NCBI GenBank assembly: GCA_963832745.1
Contig: CAWHVC010000002.1
Span: forward strand, 160,001 to 224,000
DNA from: Candidatus Bathyarchaeota archaeon
GTDB taxonomy: Archaea; Thermoproteota; Bathyarchaeia; Bathyarchaeales; Bathycorpusculaceae
Direction of reading: 5' to 3'
Length of the DNA stretch: 64,000 nucleotides
A program made the translations under genes and the position numbers. A model generated the notes under the pieces. That model saw only the letters and a program-made list of their open reading frames with translations, did not search any database and was not told where the DNA came from. Shown piece after piece: positions 49,593 through 58,515 of the stretch. The stretch's first letter is position 1. Each line of letters begins with the position of its first letter.

Positions 49593-49673
49593 TCGTAAAT
49601 ACTGTTACGTGTTGATAGTTTTAGAATCAAAATAGTGCATGAATGCCATCTTTCCTTTGTCAGCATCAAGAGG

Positions 49674-49991
49674 CTAAGTACCGTTATGTTCAATGATTTT
49701 TCTAAGTGAAAGTTGGCTTAGCAGTTGGCTGATATTGCTATAAGTAATTACGTTCCTCTTAGCGTTTCTTGCTTTCTTTTGGTGTTCAGTAGCATGAGCT
49801 TTGATGGCGCGATTCATGGCCTGTAAATCTGGCAACAGCAGTATTTCAGCTCCGCACTCACAGCGAATGAGTGGCAAACGGTTCTTCAGACCTTTATCAG
49901 CATTAGCTTGTTTGCCTTCAAATCCCTTCTCAATCATTACTGCTTCAGTTGCCGATAGTTTCTGAAGTTTCTCATTAATAGTTGGACACAT
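49674..49991 (-). CDS. Hypothetical protein with CxC..HxxxH putative zinc site
   Basis: LIRCECGAEILLLPDLQAMNRAIKAHATEH. Confidence 0.7.
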   Translation of the reverse strand: MCPTINEKLQKLSATEAVMIEKGFEGKQANADKGLKNRLPLIRCECGAEILLLPDLQAMNRAIKAHATEHQKKARNAKRNVITYSNISQLLSQLSLRKIIEHNGT

Positions 49992-50056
49992 ATGAATTCT
50001 AAAAGCTCCTTTCCTTCCTAACCGATAATTATATTCAAGTTATCCTTTTATTGTCC

Positions 50057-50079
50057 TGTCTGTGGGGTGCCCCATCTAC
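50057..50079 (-). promoter_or_regulatory. Regulon site variant (7-bp spacer)
   Basis: TGTCTGTG-gggtgcc-CATCTACA; aataaaag 4 bp downstream on the minus strand. Confidence 0.55.
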
Positions 50080-50269
50080 AACGTTAAAATGTCTTCATAG
50101 GTACTTAATACTAAAACTGCACGTAGGTTTGCATACGAAAGTCCGTAATAAGGTGGATGTTGGGCTTAAGAAGAATCACATACAAACACCAAAAGTCTAA
50201 AAAAGTATTTCCAACAAAAACAAAGGTTATAGCCGGATGCAGTAATCTTTTTTGACTACTGAGGCGTTG

Positions 50270-51697
50270 TTAAGACTTTTTAGAAGCTTTTTTGGCCGTG
50301 AAATCTTTTTTATTCTTAATTGTTTTATCTTTGAAGACTTTTTTATCAATATCTTTTTGTTGTTTGAAATCGCACTTGTCGCTTTCAGTTTTCTCTCTAA
50401 ATTCTTTTTTGTCACTGCCTTTTTGTTCTTTATAGTCGCTTTCGTTATTATCGCGCAGTTTCTCAAAAGCCTTCCTTTGACCGTCGATTTTTTCTTCAAA
50501 ATCTTTTCGGTTATTATCTCTTTTTTCTTTGTAGTCGTTTTCGTTATCGTTAGTTAGTTTCTCGAAGTCCTTTTTGTCACTATAAGTTTTTTCTTCAAAA
50601 TCTTTTTGATTACTGTTAGTTTGTTCTTTGAATACTTTTTTATCTCGTTTATTTTTCTCTTTAAATCCTTTATCCAATAGTTTTTCAGCAACGGTCCCTA
50701 ATCCGTACAATTCAAAAAAGATGAATGATAAAACGAACACAAACCAAAAACTTGCAAAACCCCATAGTAAGCTTGAAGCCTGTGCCATCGAGATATTTAT
50801 TCCAAGAACTTGGTAAAGGCCACTGGAAACTATTTGTGAGAAGCCTGAAAGGGCTATGCCTTGATTGCTTATAGTGTTAACTATGGTATTTGTGATTATA
50901 ATTTTGTCAAACACTATAAACGTTCCAAGTGAAATGAAAACAAAGTACAAAGCTACAATACTGCAAATCCATGCCATGGTTTGAAAAATTATGGGTTTTA
51001 TCATGCTTTTTGGTTTTTTCTTTATAATCATTATTACATCATGAAAATTAGCTATTTGAGCTGCAATCTTTTGTTCAAATTCATCATTAGGCTTTTTATG
51101 TTTTATTTTTGCTATTATTTTAACAAGAAATTGAAGAAGCTTTCTAGTTACTGAAATATTTGTGCTTAAATAGACTATTAAAATGAGTGGCAGTGCAAAG
51201 ACCCCCATTGTTATTCCAATAGCGACTAATACGAAAGTGTTAATTGAATAATTCAATATTAACAGAATCATTCCTACGATCAAGGACAAAAGAGTGACTA
51301 AAAGTTCAAGGATATCTTTGACTATTATTGAAGCCGCTACTTTAACTACATCAACACCTTCATCTCCGCCCAAAAGATAAGTCATGAAGATATCTCCCGA
51401 CCAACCCCCAACTATAAGGCAATCAAGAAAAGCGCCAACCCAACCTAGATAGAAAACTCTTTTAAACGTAGTTTTTACTGAAACATTATCAAGAGTAGCT
51501 TTCCAAGCTAATGAATTGAATACTGCTTCACCTATCACAAGCAAAAAAACCAGGGCGTAAACTGGAGTACTTACACCGCTAATTATTATTGCAACTTTTG
51601 TAAGATCTGTGAAGAAAAAAAGATAGCTAACAAAAATTATAAAACCTACTACAGCCAGTAGGCTTACCCACTTCTTAATTTCTGGTCTATTTGACAA
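50270..51697 (-). CDS. Lysylphosphatidylglycerol-synthase TM / UPF0104 flippase-like protein with a charged 11-mer repeat tail
   Basis: About 8 TM segments with UPF0104-like spacing; C-terminal KDF/DY repeats every 11 aa. Confidence 0.75.
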   Translation of the reverse strand: MSNRPEIKKWVSLLAVVGFIIFVSYLFFFTDLTKVAIIISGVSTPVYALVFLLVIGEAVFNSLAWKATLDNVSVKTTFKRVFYLGWVGAFLDCLIVGGWSGDIFMTYLLGGDEGVDVVKVAASIIVKDILELLVTLLSLIVGMILLILNYSINTFVLVAIGITMGVFALPLILIVYLSTNISVTRKLLQFLVKIIAKIKHKKPNDEFEQKIAAQIANFHDVIMIIKKKPKSMIKPIIFQTMAWICSIVALYFVFISLGTFIVFDKIIITNTIVNTISNQGIALSGFSQIVSSGLYQVLGINISMAQASSLLWGFASFWFVFVLSFIFFELYGLGTVAEKLLDKGFKEKNKRDKKVFKEQTNSNQKDFEEKTYSDKKDFEKLTNDNENDYKEKRDNNRKDFEEKIDGQRKAFEKLRDNNESDYKEQKGSDKKEFREKTESDKCDFKQQKDIDKKVFKDKTIKNKKDFTAKKASKKS

Positions 51698-51836
51698 TTT
51701 TTACTCATTACTCTGTTGTCTGCCTAGCATTTCACGCATTTCAGTACCTGTTCAGTGTTAATTGTGAAGTGGAGGGGTCGAATCCTTAGCTCATGTGGTG
51801 CTATCTTGCGTTATTACTGACAAACTTCTTTTGTTG

Positions 51837-52037
51837 TTATGCTTTCTTTGGTTTTATGCTAAGTTTAACATTGAGCTCAATGGTGTATTCTTGGTCCGTG
51901 TTTCCAACAGCGAAGTTCCAGTTCTTAACTTCTACGTCCATGTCCTTAAAATGATTCATGAATGAATCCTTATATTCACTAACGGTCTGGCCCATTTTCT
52001 GCAACCGCTCAGTTACATCTATATTTTTTTCAGTCAT
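51837..52037 (-). CDS. Small hypothetical protein
   Basis: 66 aa, gaggcg RBS, regulon site upstream. Confidence 0.75.
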   Translation of the reverse strand: MTEKNIDVTERLQKMGQTVSEYKDSFMNHFKDMDVEVKNWNFAVGNTDQEYTIELNVKLSIKPKKA

Positions 52038-52101
52038 TTAACTACGCCTCTAAAATTTCAATTCAATACAACCGTTAACCTGCACATTGCTCTTAAGACT
52101 A

Positions 52102-52125
52102 TGTCGCTGGGAACTAACACCTACA
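52102..52125 (-). promoter_or_regulatory. Palindromic regulon site
   Basis: TGTCGCTG-ggaactaa-CACCTACA; cttaag 4 bp downstream on the minus strand. Confidence 0.78.
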
Positions 52126-52382
52126 AGCATATTGCAACTTCCCAGTTAAGCATCTTTGCGAAAGAGGTTTTAGGCAACCTTTTTTATCGGATGGGAAGGC
52201 TCAAGACTGACTTAAAGAGTCTCATTTCTTGTCAGGTTACTTCTTTTCTTTTCGAGCATTTGTCGGTATATGATAACATTCAAAAGTGCTCACCTCTGTT
52301 AATGACCTTTCACATGGTGTTCAAGTTTTGAGCATATTTAGAAGAGATATAGCTTTTTAGCGGTGAATGGATGTGGCAGTGC

Positions 52383-52406
52383 TGTAGCTGTTAGTTACCA
52401 GTCACA
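52383..52406 (+). promoter_or_regulatory. Palindromic regulon site (closest to consensus)
   Basis: TGTAGCTG-ttagttac-CAGTCACA-cact-ttaaaa. Confidence 0.8.
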
Positions 52407-52453
52407 CACTTTAAAATTGTAAAAACACCTCTTTGAGGGCAGGAAAAAATTAG

Positions 52454-52813
52454 ATGTCGGTAAAGTTTTCACTAAGTGAAATAATCACTGCAATCCTAAA
52501 TGAAATCAAAGCGGCACTCAAAGAATACGCCAATCAAGCGAAAGTCACCTTCAAAAAACGCCTCAAAAAACTCTTAATAATAAGCATATTCGGCACTGTC
52601 TTGATGGCACTGGGAATCTCGCTCGCTGGGTCAGCAGCTCTTTTCATCCTCATCGGCTCACTAAGATACCTAGAAACCTCTATGCCCGCGTGGGAAGCAT
52701 GGCTCATCATGGGAACCACCTCCGCCCTTGCCGCCGCAGCACTATTCGTAGTGCTCTTTCTAATAATAAGAAAACAATTATCCTCCCCCAAAGTGCCACC
52801 TGAACAAAAATAA
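52454..52813 (+). CDS. Two-TM membrane protein, YqjE/holin-family-III-like (DUF1469-like)
   Basis: Amphipathic N-terminus, then TM - MPAWEAWLIMG - TM. Confidence 0.7.
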   Translation: MSVKFSLSEIITAILNEIKAALKEYANQAKVTFKKRLKKLLIISIFGTVLMALGISLAGSAALFILIGSLRYLETSMPAWEAWLIMGTTSALAAAALFVVLFLIIRKQLSSPKVPPEQK

Positions 52814-53026
52814 GGCTCCTCTCTTTTTTATTTCTTGGTGATGGAAAAAAACTAATTGAATTCACGCCTAATGTCTATGAAAAGCGAAAACAGCACCTAT
52901 GAGAGTAAAGGAACTATTAATTCAGATTGATATAAGAATACTGATGAAGTCCAGATTAAAATCTTGGAGCTGTAGGTCCACATTCACAAAGTTATTTATC
53001 TAAAATTAAGCATTAGATGGAATGGC

Positions 53027-53123
53027 TTTGGCGGATCAGCGTTAAACAAGGCGTGAATGGATTTCAACCCCTATTCAATTTCTCTATTGTTCTCGTCTTG
53101 ATAACGTAGGTGGATCCGCCAAA
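53027..53123. ncRNA. Candidate structured non-coding element (nested stem-loop)
   Basis: tttggcggatc/gatccgccaaa outer stem; cgtt..caaggcg/cgtcttg..aacg middle stem; tgaatgg/ctattca inner stem. Confidence 0.45.
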
Positions 53124-53366
53124 AAATTTTTTAGACTTTACACTCTCAGAATACCAAAAACTTCATATAATAAACAAATTTTTTCGTAATTTTTTTTTCT
53201 AAAAATTTTGTTCATCCAATCGTTTAATGTTTGATTCGCTTGTTCTTCAATCAACATATTTACAAAACGCTTTGAACAAAAAAGTAAGCTACGTCTTAAC
53301 TATCCTCCAAATTGATTGACCCATGCCTTATCAATTCGTAAACAGGAAAAAAAGATGGTTACGTTT

Positions 53367-53735
53367 CTATTTCGACAGCAATCCACCTATGAATCCACCG
53401 ATCGTTGATGCAAGCGCTCCAAAGATAGCAAGAATAATAGCTACTATTCCAACTGCAAATCCAGCCAAACCACCGAAAAGACCACCTAAGATGCCTCCAG
53501 AGACTCCTCCAACAATTGCAAGACCGACAACTGCGAATATTGTGATTATGATGCCGCCAAATATGCCGGCAAGGAAACCTGCTAATGCACCTGTTAACAT
53601 TCCTCCGCGAGATATAATGCCCGCTACAACTCCACCTATGAATCCGCCTATCAAGTGTCCAATGCCGGGAAACAGCCAACCAAGAACCAATGTAATAACG
53701 AAACCTACCAAAGCTCCAAGCCACAAACTACTCAT
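53367..53735 (-). CDS. DUF5518-like glycine-zipper membrane protein
   Basis: PGIGHLIGGFIGGVVAG..GALAGFLAGIFGG..IGGFIGG. Confidence 0.8.
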   Translation of the reverse strand: MSSLWLGALVGFVITLVLGWLFPGIGHLIGGFIGGVVAGIISRGGMLTGALAGFLAGIFGGIIITIFAVVGLAIVGGVSGGILGGLFGGLAGFAVGIVAIILAIFGALASTIGGFIGGLLSK

Positions 53736-53840
53736 AAAATCACCACCATTTTTATCTAAATAGACAATTTTGTACATTCAACAACCTTACAACTCGGCAA
53801 TCAATAGAGCCGTATGTGAAAATTCACATATACGCTTTTT

Positions 53841-53966
53841 TTATTCTTCTTTCTTGAACCCTTTCTTTATGCCTTTCCCAAAATCATTCACAGCTTTAGC
53901 ACCTTTTTTGATACTATTGCCAATTGATTCTCCAATTTTTTCTGCTTTTTCGTTATGTTCCGTCGT
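53841..53966 (-). CDS. 41-aa amphipathic LEA/CsbD-like peptide with ACG in place of ATG (not in ORF track)
   Basis: gagggt RBS then ACG-TEHNEKAEKIGESIGNSIKKGAKAVNDFGKGIKKGFKKEE-stop; regulon site upstream. Confidence 0.6.
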   Translation of the reverse strand, partial: TTEHNEKAEKIGESIGNSIKKGAKAVNDFGKGIKKGFKKEE

Positions 53967-54013
53967 TTACATTACCCTCTCTTTCAATAGTCGCTATTTG
54001 CAACTTAAGCATG

Positions 54014-54037
54014 TGTGACTGTAAGTACCCATCGACA
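54014..54037 (-). promoter_or_regulatory. Palindromic regulon site
   Basis: TGTGACTG-taagtacc-CATCGACA; cttaag 4 bp downstream on the minus strand. Confidence 0.78.
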
Positions 54038-54109
54038 GCTTGAATGTTGTACCTGTGCTAATCTGAACTTAGTTATTGTTAACTACTCCCTGACCATGAG
54101 AATGCCAAT

Positions 54110-54436
54110 TTAGGAGAATATGAAGCCAAGGATTAAGCCTACGATGAATCCTATGCCTAACGGTAGTATGCCTATGAGAAGTGTTCCGTATTGGATTACA
54201 ATGGGACCGTATGTGTTTGACAGGTTTTGCAACGCGCTAAGACTCAGCCCAAAAAATCCGAAGTAGCAAACAACTACGAGTATAACTGCAGCGATGATCG
54301 CGATCTTTAGTGTCTTGTGGACGAGATAGCCTACGACTAATCCGAGAATGAATGGAATAATCATTACTAAAATTGGTGGCAAACCGCCTATGCTTCCAGA
54401 AGTAATAAAACCAATTAAATCATTTATAGCGCTCAA
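54110..54436 (-). CDS. FUN14-like membrane protein, copy 1
   Basis: PFILGLVVGYLVHKTLKIAII..GFIVGLILGF; close paralog at 56867. Confidence 0.72.
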   Translation of the reverse strand: MSAINDLIGFITSGSIGGLPPILVMIIPFILGLVVGYLVHKTLKIAIIAAVILVVVCYFGFFGLSLSALQNLSNTYGPIVIQYGTLLIGILPLGIGFIVGLILGFIFS

Positions 54437-54487
54437 ACTCTACAACTCACAATTAAGCCCTAACGGTGCAAATAACTATTAAACCTG

Positions 54488-54511
54488 TGTAGCTGTAGTC
54501 CCCCAGCAACA
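54488..54511 (-). promoter_or_regulatory. Palindromic regulon site
   Basis: TGTAGCTG-tagtcccc-CAGCAACA; tttaata 4 bp downstream on the minus strand. Confidence 0.8.
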
Positions 54512-54552
54512 GAGGGGTGTGCTGTTGAAAATTCATGTTCCAGCAGGCATAT

Positions 54553-54801
54553 TTATTTGATTACTTGTGCGTTTGCTGCTTTGTCGGTTATTCTTGTGAT
54601 TTTTACTTTTACATGTTCTCCAAGTTTTGCGTCGGCAACATAAATTACAAAGCCTTGATTTTTAGCTATGCCCTCCCCTTTTGGGCTCAATTCCGAAATT
54701 TCTACTTCTAATGCTTCACCTAACTTGACTGGGCAACGCTCAAAACCCTTGCCGTGACCCCGTCTTCCCTCGTAACTGCCACCTTGCCTTGATTTACTCA
54801 T
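54553..54801 (-). CDS. Single TRAM-domain protein (archaeal RNA chaperone type)
   Basis: PVKLGEALEVEISELSPKGEGIAKNQGFVIYVADAKLGEHVKVKITRI. Confidence 0.9.
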   Translation of the reverse strand: MSKSRQGGSYEGRRGHGKGFERCPVKLGEALEVEISELSPKGEGIAKNQGFVIYVADAKLGEHVKVKITRITDKAANAQVIK

Positions 54802-54953
54802 AATTATACCACCAAGCTGTTTTATTACTCCTTACTCCCTATTATAGACAATAAACGCACCTTACAGTTTAAAAACTCCAGTAATCTCATCGTTTTTAAT
54901 CTACAGGTTTCGTTTCTCGTTGAGTTCGCCAACTTAATTTTAGCATTAGTAAA

Positions 54954-55592
54954 CTAGCATGTTTTTTGTAAATCATCTACCATATTTTTGGCGATAAACT
55001 CGTCAATTTTGTCAGACAAGAGCAAATCCAAGTTTTCCTTTATCCTCTTAATGCTCCAATTCCACCATTTTAATTTCAAAAGCTTCTCAATAGTCTCGGG
55101 TTCATAACGCTTTTTTATTTCTCTAGCTGGAATTCCAGCTACCACACTGTACGGTGCAACATTTTTAGTTACGACGGCTCCCGCGCCAATTATTGCCCCG
55201 TCCCCTATGCAGACACCTGACAGAATAAGCGCATTCATTCCAATCCAAACATCATTGCCGATCACTACGTCGCCTTTAGTGACTTTTTTTGGTCGTTCAT
55301 ATTCTGGAAAAATTTCACTAAAAGGATACGTTGTTATCCAATCGCTTGTGTGTTCTCCGCCTAAGAGAATATTGACGCCTGAGGATATCGAGCAGAAACT
55401 GCCAATTTTCAATTTTCCACCCGTAGGAAAACTCCAAATTAGAGGCCACGCTGACGCGTAAGTGAATCTGCCGACAGAGTATTTTTTTGTGAATTCCGGG
55501 TTGCCGGTTAAGAAATGTTCTGCAAGGGTCCATGGTCTTGGAAAAAACATTTCTTTTAGGGACAAGATTCTTTTGCTGGGATTATTTATCAT
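54954..55592 (-). CDS. CatB/Vat-family hexapeptide-repeat O-acetyltransferase
   Basis: KIGSFCSIS, ITTYPF, KGDVVIGNDVWIG, LKWWNWS. Confidence 0.88.
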   Translation of the reverse strand: MINNPSKRILSLKEMFFPRPWTLAEHFLTGNPEFTKKYSVGRFTYASAWPLIWSFPTGGKLKIGSFCSISSGVNILLGGEHTSDWITTYPFSEIFPEYERPKKVTKGDVVIGNDVWIGMNALILSGVCIGDGAIIGAGAVVTKNVAPYSVVAGIPAREIKKRYEPETIEKLLKLKWWNWSIKRIKENLDLLLSDKIDEFIAKNMVDDLQKTC

Positions 55593-55868
55593 AAAAAATC
55601 AGCGCCATTGCAGGCTTTCTATTCCTGTTTTTGAGTTAAATCGTGGCTTGACTTAAGATTTATGGGGGCTAAGGGTGCTCCAGTCGGCAACTAGTGAGAC
55701 TAAAATTCCCTTAAGCATAACAAGAGATGTTTTTTATGGCAAAGGATGGCTCTGGCTGTAAATGGTTGTAAAGTTACCTTCTTTGCTGGGCTCATGACAT
55801 TTTTAAAATCAAAAGAAAAATGAGCAGGCGTCAACTAGACACCTAAGTAACAAACTGCCTCTTTGTTT

Positions 55869-56798
55869 TTACAGTCTACGTTTTGGTGGTAACTGACTTT
55901 TTGGTGCCTCATCAGTTGTGACTTCACTGTTTAGTCGCTGTTTTAACCGTATCACAAGCACTTCACGGTCATTTGGTTTAAGCTGTTGCCAAGTAGCACG
56001 GTTTTCTCTGAATTCTTCGCCGGTGATTTTGTGTTGTCTTTGCAGCTCAGCAAGAAGCTTCACGAATCCCTGCATGTCAAGCTGCTCATCAGTTACTTGA
56101 TTTACCAGTTTTCTTTCTCCACCTGTGCCGGTTTGGGCTGGTTCGCTGTCTGGTGGCGGGTAAGTAGCGTAAAGGAAACGTGCAAAGTACAGGTTATCCC
56201 AACCGCGTGTGACGGGTAAACTGTTTTTGGCTTTTAGAAGTTCGGCGGTGTAGTGTTCATATTCTTGTCCAAGTGAGAAATACTTTGTTTGCCCGCTTGA
56301 AGTGTCAACTGTGTGGTTAGCAAAGTGCCGTAAGTGTTGAACGCTAAAAACTGGTAGCACCATTTTGTTTTCATAGTTGAAGCAGTAAATGATTTCCATG
56401 GCAAGCGCTTTGTCTTGATCAATACCGCCGATTCTTTCCCATTTAGCATCTATTTTCTGCGCTAAGGGCTTTCGGTCATCAACTGCTGTGCGTAGCAAAA
56501 GTTTGAAGTCGTTGATTTGCAGTCGGGCATTGCGGTAAACGTTAGAGTTGCCAAGCGTAGGGTAACCTAACAGCTTGAAAATGCCTTCTAAGTCCTGGAA
56601 GAATTCGCCGACACTGTCTGGATTTAACCTAAACAGTTTGTCAGGGTTTAACCATTCTATCTCGCGTAGGTTTTCTGCGAAAGGATATTTTTGCCTAAAC
56701 TCTTTTAGAGCAACAAGTGCTTTATCGGCTTCACGTTTGGTTAAGCCTGCTCTGTCGAAAGCGTTTGCTTTTTCTTGCATTTGATTACTTCGAAGCAT
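55869..56798 (-). CDS. Hypothetical protein resembling the N-terminal domain of some McrB/NucS-type fusions
   Basis: EFRQKYPF..IIYCF..VLPVFS..HLRHF pattern; no nuclease or GTPase motif visible. Confidence 0.55.
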   Translation of the reverse strand: MLRSNQMQEKANAFDRAGLTKREADKALVALKEFRQKYPFAENLREIEWLNPDKLFRLNPDSVGEFFQDLEGIFKLLGYPTLGNSNVYRNARLQINDFKLLLRTAVDDRKPLAQKIDAKWERIGGIDQDKALAMEIIYCFNYENKMVLPVFSVQHLRHFANHTVDTSSGQTKYFSLGQEYEHYTAELLKAKNSLPVTRGWDNLYFARFLYATYPPPDSEPAQTGTGGERKLVNQVTDEQLDMQGFVKLLAELQRQHKITGEEFRENRATWQQLKPNDREVLVIRLKQRLNSEVTTDEAPKSQLPPKRRL

Positions 56799-56866
56799 TA
56801 TGTACCCTTACCAAGTATGCTTAAGTGAGGCTAAATACGTTTGCGGTGTATTACGGCGTGTTGGGT

Positions 56867-57193
56867 TTAGGAGAATATAAATCCAAGGATTAAGCCCACT
56901 ACGAATCCAACGCCTATTGGTAATATGCCTATCAGTAATGTTCCATATTGAATTGCCATTGGACCGTATGTTTCTGCGACGCTTTTCAAAGAGTCAAGGC
57001 TTAAACCGAAAAAGCCCAAGTAACTAACTACGACTAGTATAACTGCAGCGATGATGGCGATTTTTAAAACTTTATGCACGAGATAACCCACGATTATTCC
57101 TAAGATGAATGGGATAATCATTACTACTAGTGGCGGTAAACCTGCAATGCTTCCTGAAGTAATAAAGTTGAATACTTGTTCTATCGCGCTCAT
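56867..57193 (-). CDS. FUN14-like membrane protein, copy 2
   Basis: Same length (108 aa) and highly similar to 54110..54436. Confidence 0.72.
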   Translation of the reverse strand: MSAIEQVFNFITSGSIAGLPPLVVMIIPFILGIIVGYLVHKVLKIAIIAAVILVVVSYLGFFGLSLDSLKSVAETYGPMAIQYGTLLIGILPIGVGFVVGLILGFIFS

Positions 57194-57319
57194 TTTTTGT
57201 TTGCTCCAAGTAAGCCCTAAATGTAAAAATGTCTATTAAACCTGTTAGCTGTTTTTTCCAAAATCTATTTATCCGTATCAATACAAGCGTGAACAGGTAA
57301 ACAGAAAATAGACAGGGGG

Positions 57320-58501
57320 ATGGGGGAAATACAACCAGAACAGGAACATTTAACTCCAGAAACGGCACAAACCGCTTTTCAAGTATCACAATCCAACTGC
57401 ACGTTGGAAATATCTCAAAGACGATGGTTCTACATGGCTCTGGATTCATCAGGCAAAACCTGCAAGCAGGAAGCTGAATCGCCAACTCAATTTTTAGACA
57501 TTATCAACCAGTCAATGGTGGTTTGGGTCGACTACACATCAGATGACCCCGTTAAAGACCTGCCAGTTTTAGCTGCCAAACTGGGATTTAGTGAATTATT
57601 TATTTCAAGCGTAAGCGGCGGAAACGCGTTAAATTATCAAGACTTCGATTCTGAAATGTTTATGAATCTTCCATCAATCCAAATTCGAGGTCACGACGTA
57701 CAAGCTTACCCCTTGCTGTTTTTAATTAAAAAAGGCATGGTTTTTACCATTCACATGCGTCTTGTGGATAAACGTTTCATTAGGCTTAGACGTTACTCTG
57801 ACGTTATCATGCGAAGAGTGCCCGTCGAGTTTGAACCTGAAGAAAAACTTACTCTTCTTCTTTCACGTATAATTGATGCAAATAACGACAGCAACTTTAG
57901 GCATTTGCGTGCCATAGAGGAATTCGGCGACGACCTAAACAAGGACCTTATGGAACAAGACACAGACAGAACCCTTTTAGCTCCAAAAATTTACGATATG
58001 AAGCATGCACTTATCGTTTACATGAATGCTCTTTGGGAAAGCGCGGATGTACTTCATGCAATCCGTTACGGCGACGCTGAACTGCTTACTGACAACGAGC
58101 ACGTCCTAAACAAGGTCAGCTTCCTTGCGGATGAAGTCAAAAGCCAGCTTGGGCTGTCTGAGCACATGTCTGAAGTTTTAGCGTCAGGTATTGAAGCTAC
58201 CCAATCCATCTATAACAACCAGTTAACTATCGCCAATAATCAGTTAACCATTTCAAACAATCAGCTTACTAAGATGAACAACCGTTTCGCGTTGCTTGCG
58301 GCTTACCTTGCAATTGTAGGTACAGCGCTTTTGATTCCAAATACTATCGCTACTATGCTGGGTAACAGTGTCTGGGTTTATGGCCCCGGCGATTTAGGGT
58401 CTTACCTTGTTTTAATACTCAGTGCTACTTTAGCAGGCTCTATTGTCATGTGGCTTTGGATAAAAAAGCAGGACTTGCTGCCAAAAGACAAAGAACATTA
58501 A
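57320..58501 (+). CDS. CorA-family divalent cation transporter
   Basis: VVWVD, long helical stalk, two C-terminal TMs; GMN-equivalent reads LGNS. Confidence 0.8.
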   Translation: MGEIQPEQEHLTPETAQTAFQVSQSNCTLEISQRRWFYMALDSSGKTCKQEAESPTQFLDIINQSMVVWVDYTSDDPVKDLPVLAAKLGFSELFISSVSGGNALNYQDFDSEMFMNLPSIQIRGHDVQAYPLLFLIKKGMVFTIHMRLVDKRFIRLRRYSDVIMRRVPVEFEPEEKLTLLLSRIIDANNDSNFRHLRAIEEFGDDLNKDLMEQDTDRTLLAPKIYDMKHALIVYMNALWESADVLHAIRYGDAELLTDNEHVLNKVSFLADEVKSQLGLSEHMSEVLASGIEATQSIYNNQLTIANNQLTISNNQLTKMNNRFALLAAYLAIVGTALLIPNTIATMLGNSVWVYGPGDLGSYLVLILSATLAGSIVMWLWIKKQDLLPKDKEH

Positions 58502-58515
58502 ACGCACTCTTTTTT

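Noticed and set aside
50227-50557. Lys-rich ORF 50227..50499 and Phe-rich ORF 50252..50557
   Set aside because: Frame and strand shadows of the low-complexity 11-mer tail.
52383-52406. CRP/FNR box interpretation of the palindrome
   Set aside because: It shares TGTGA/TCACA ends, but the spacing is N14 rather than N6 and the conserved inner CTG/CAG is not part of the CRP consensus.
53323-53763. Proline-rich + strand ORF and overlapping ORF 53359..53724
   Set aside because: Antisense and alternate-frame shadows of the Gly-rich DUF5518-like gene.
54954-55592. Bona fide antibiotic-resistance gene (catB/vat)
   Set aside because: The hexapeptide acetyltransferase fold is also common in sugar modification; substrate cannot be read from motifs and there is no mobile context.
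5444-57255. Additional half-sites of the regulon motif (near 5444, 14615, 15263, 27170, 39097, 57243)
   Set aside because: Only one half matches, or no TATA or gene lies at the right spacing; not counted as sites.
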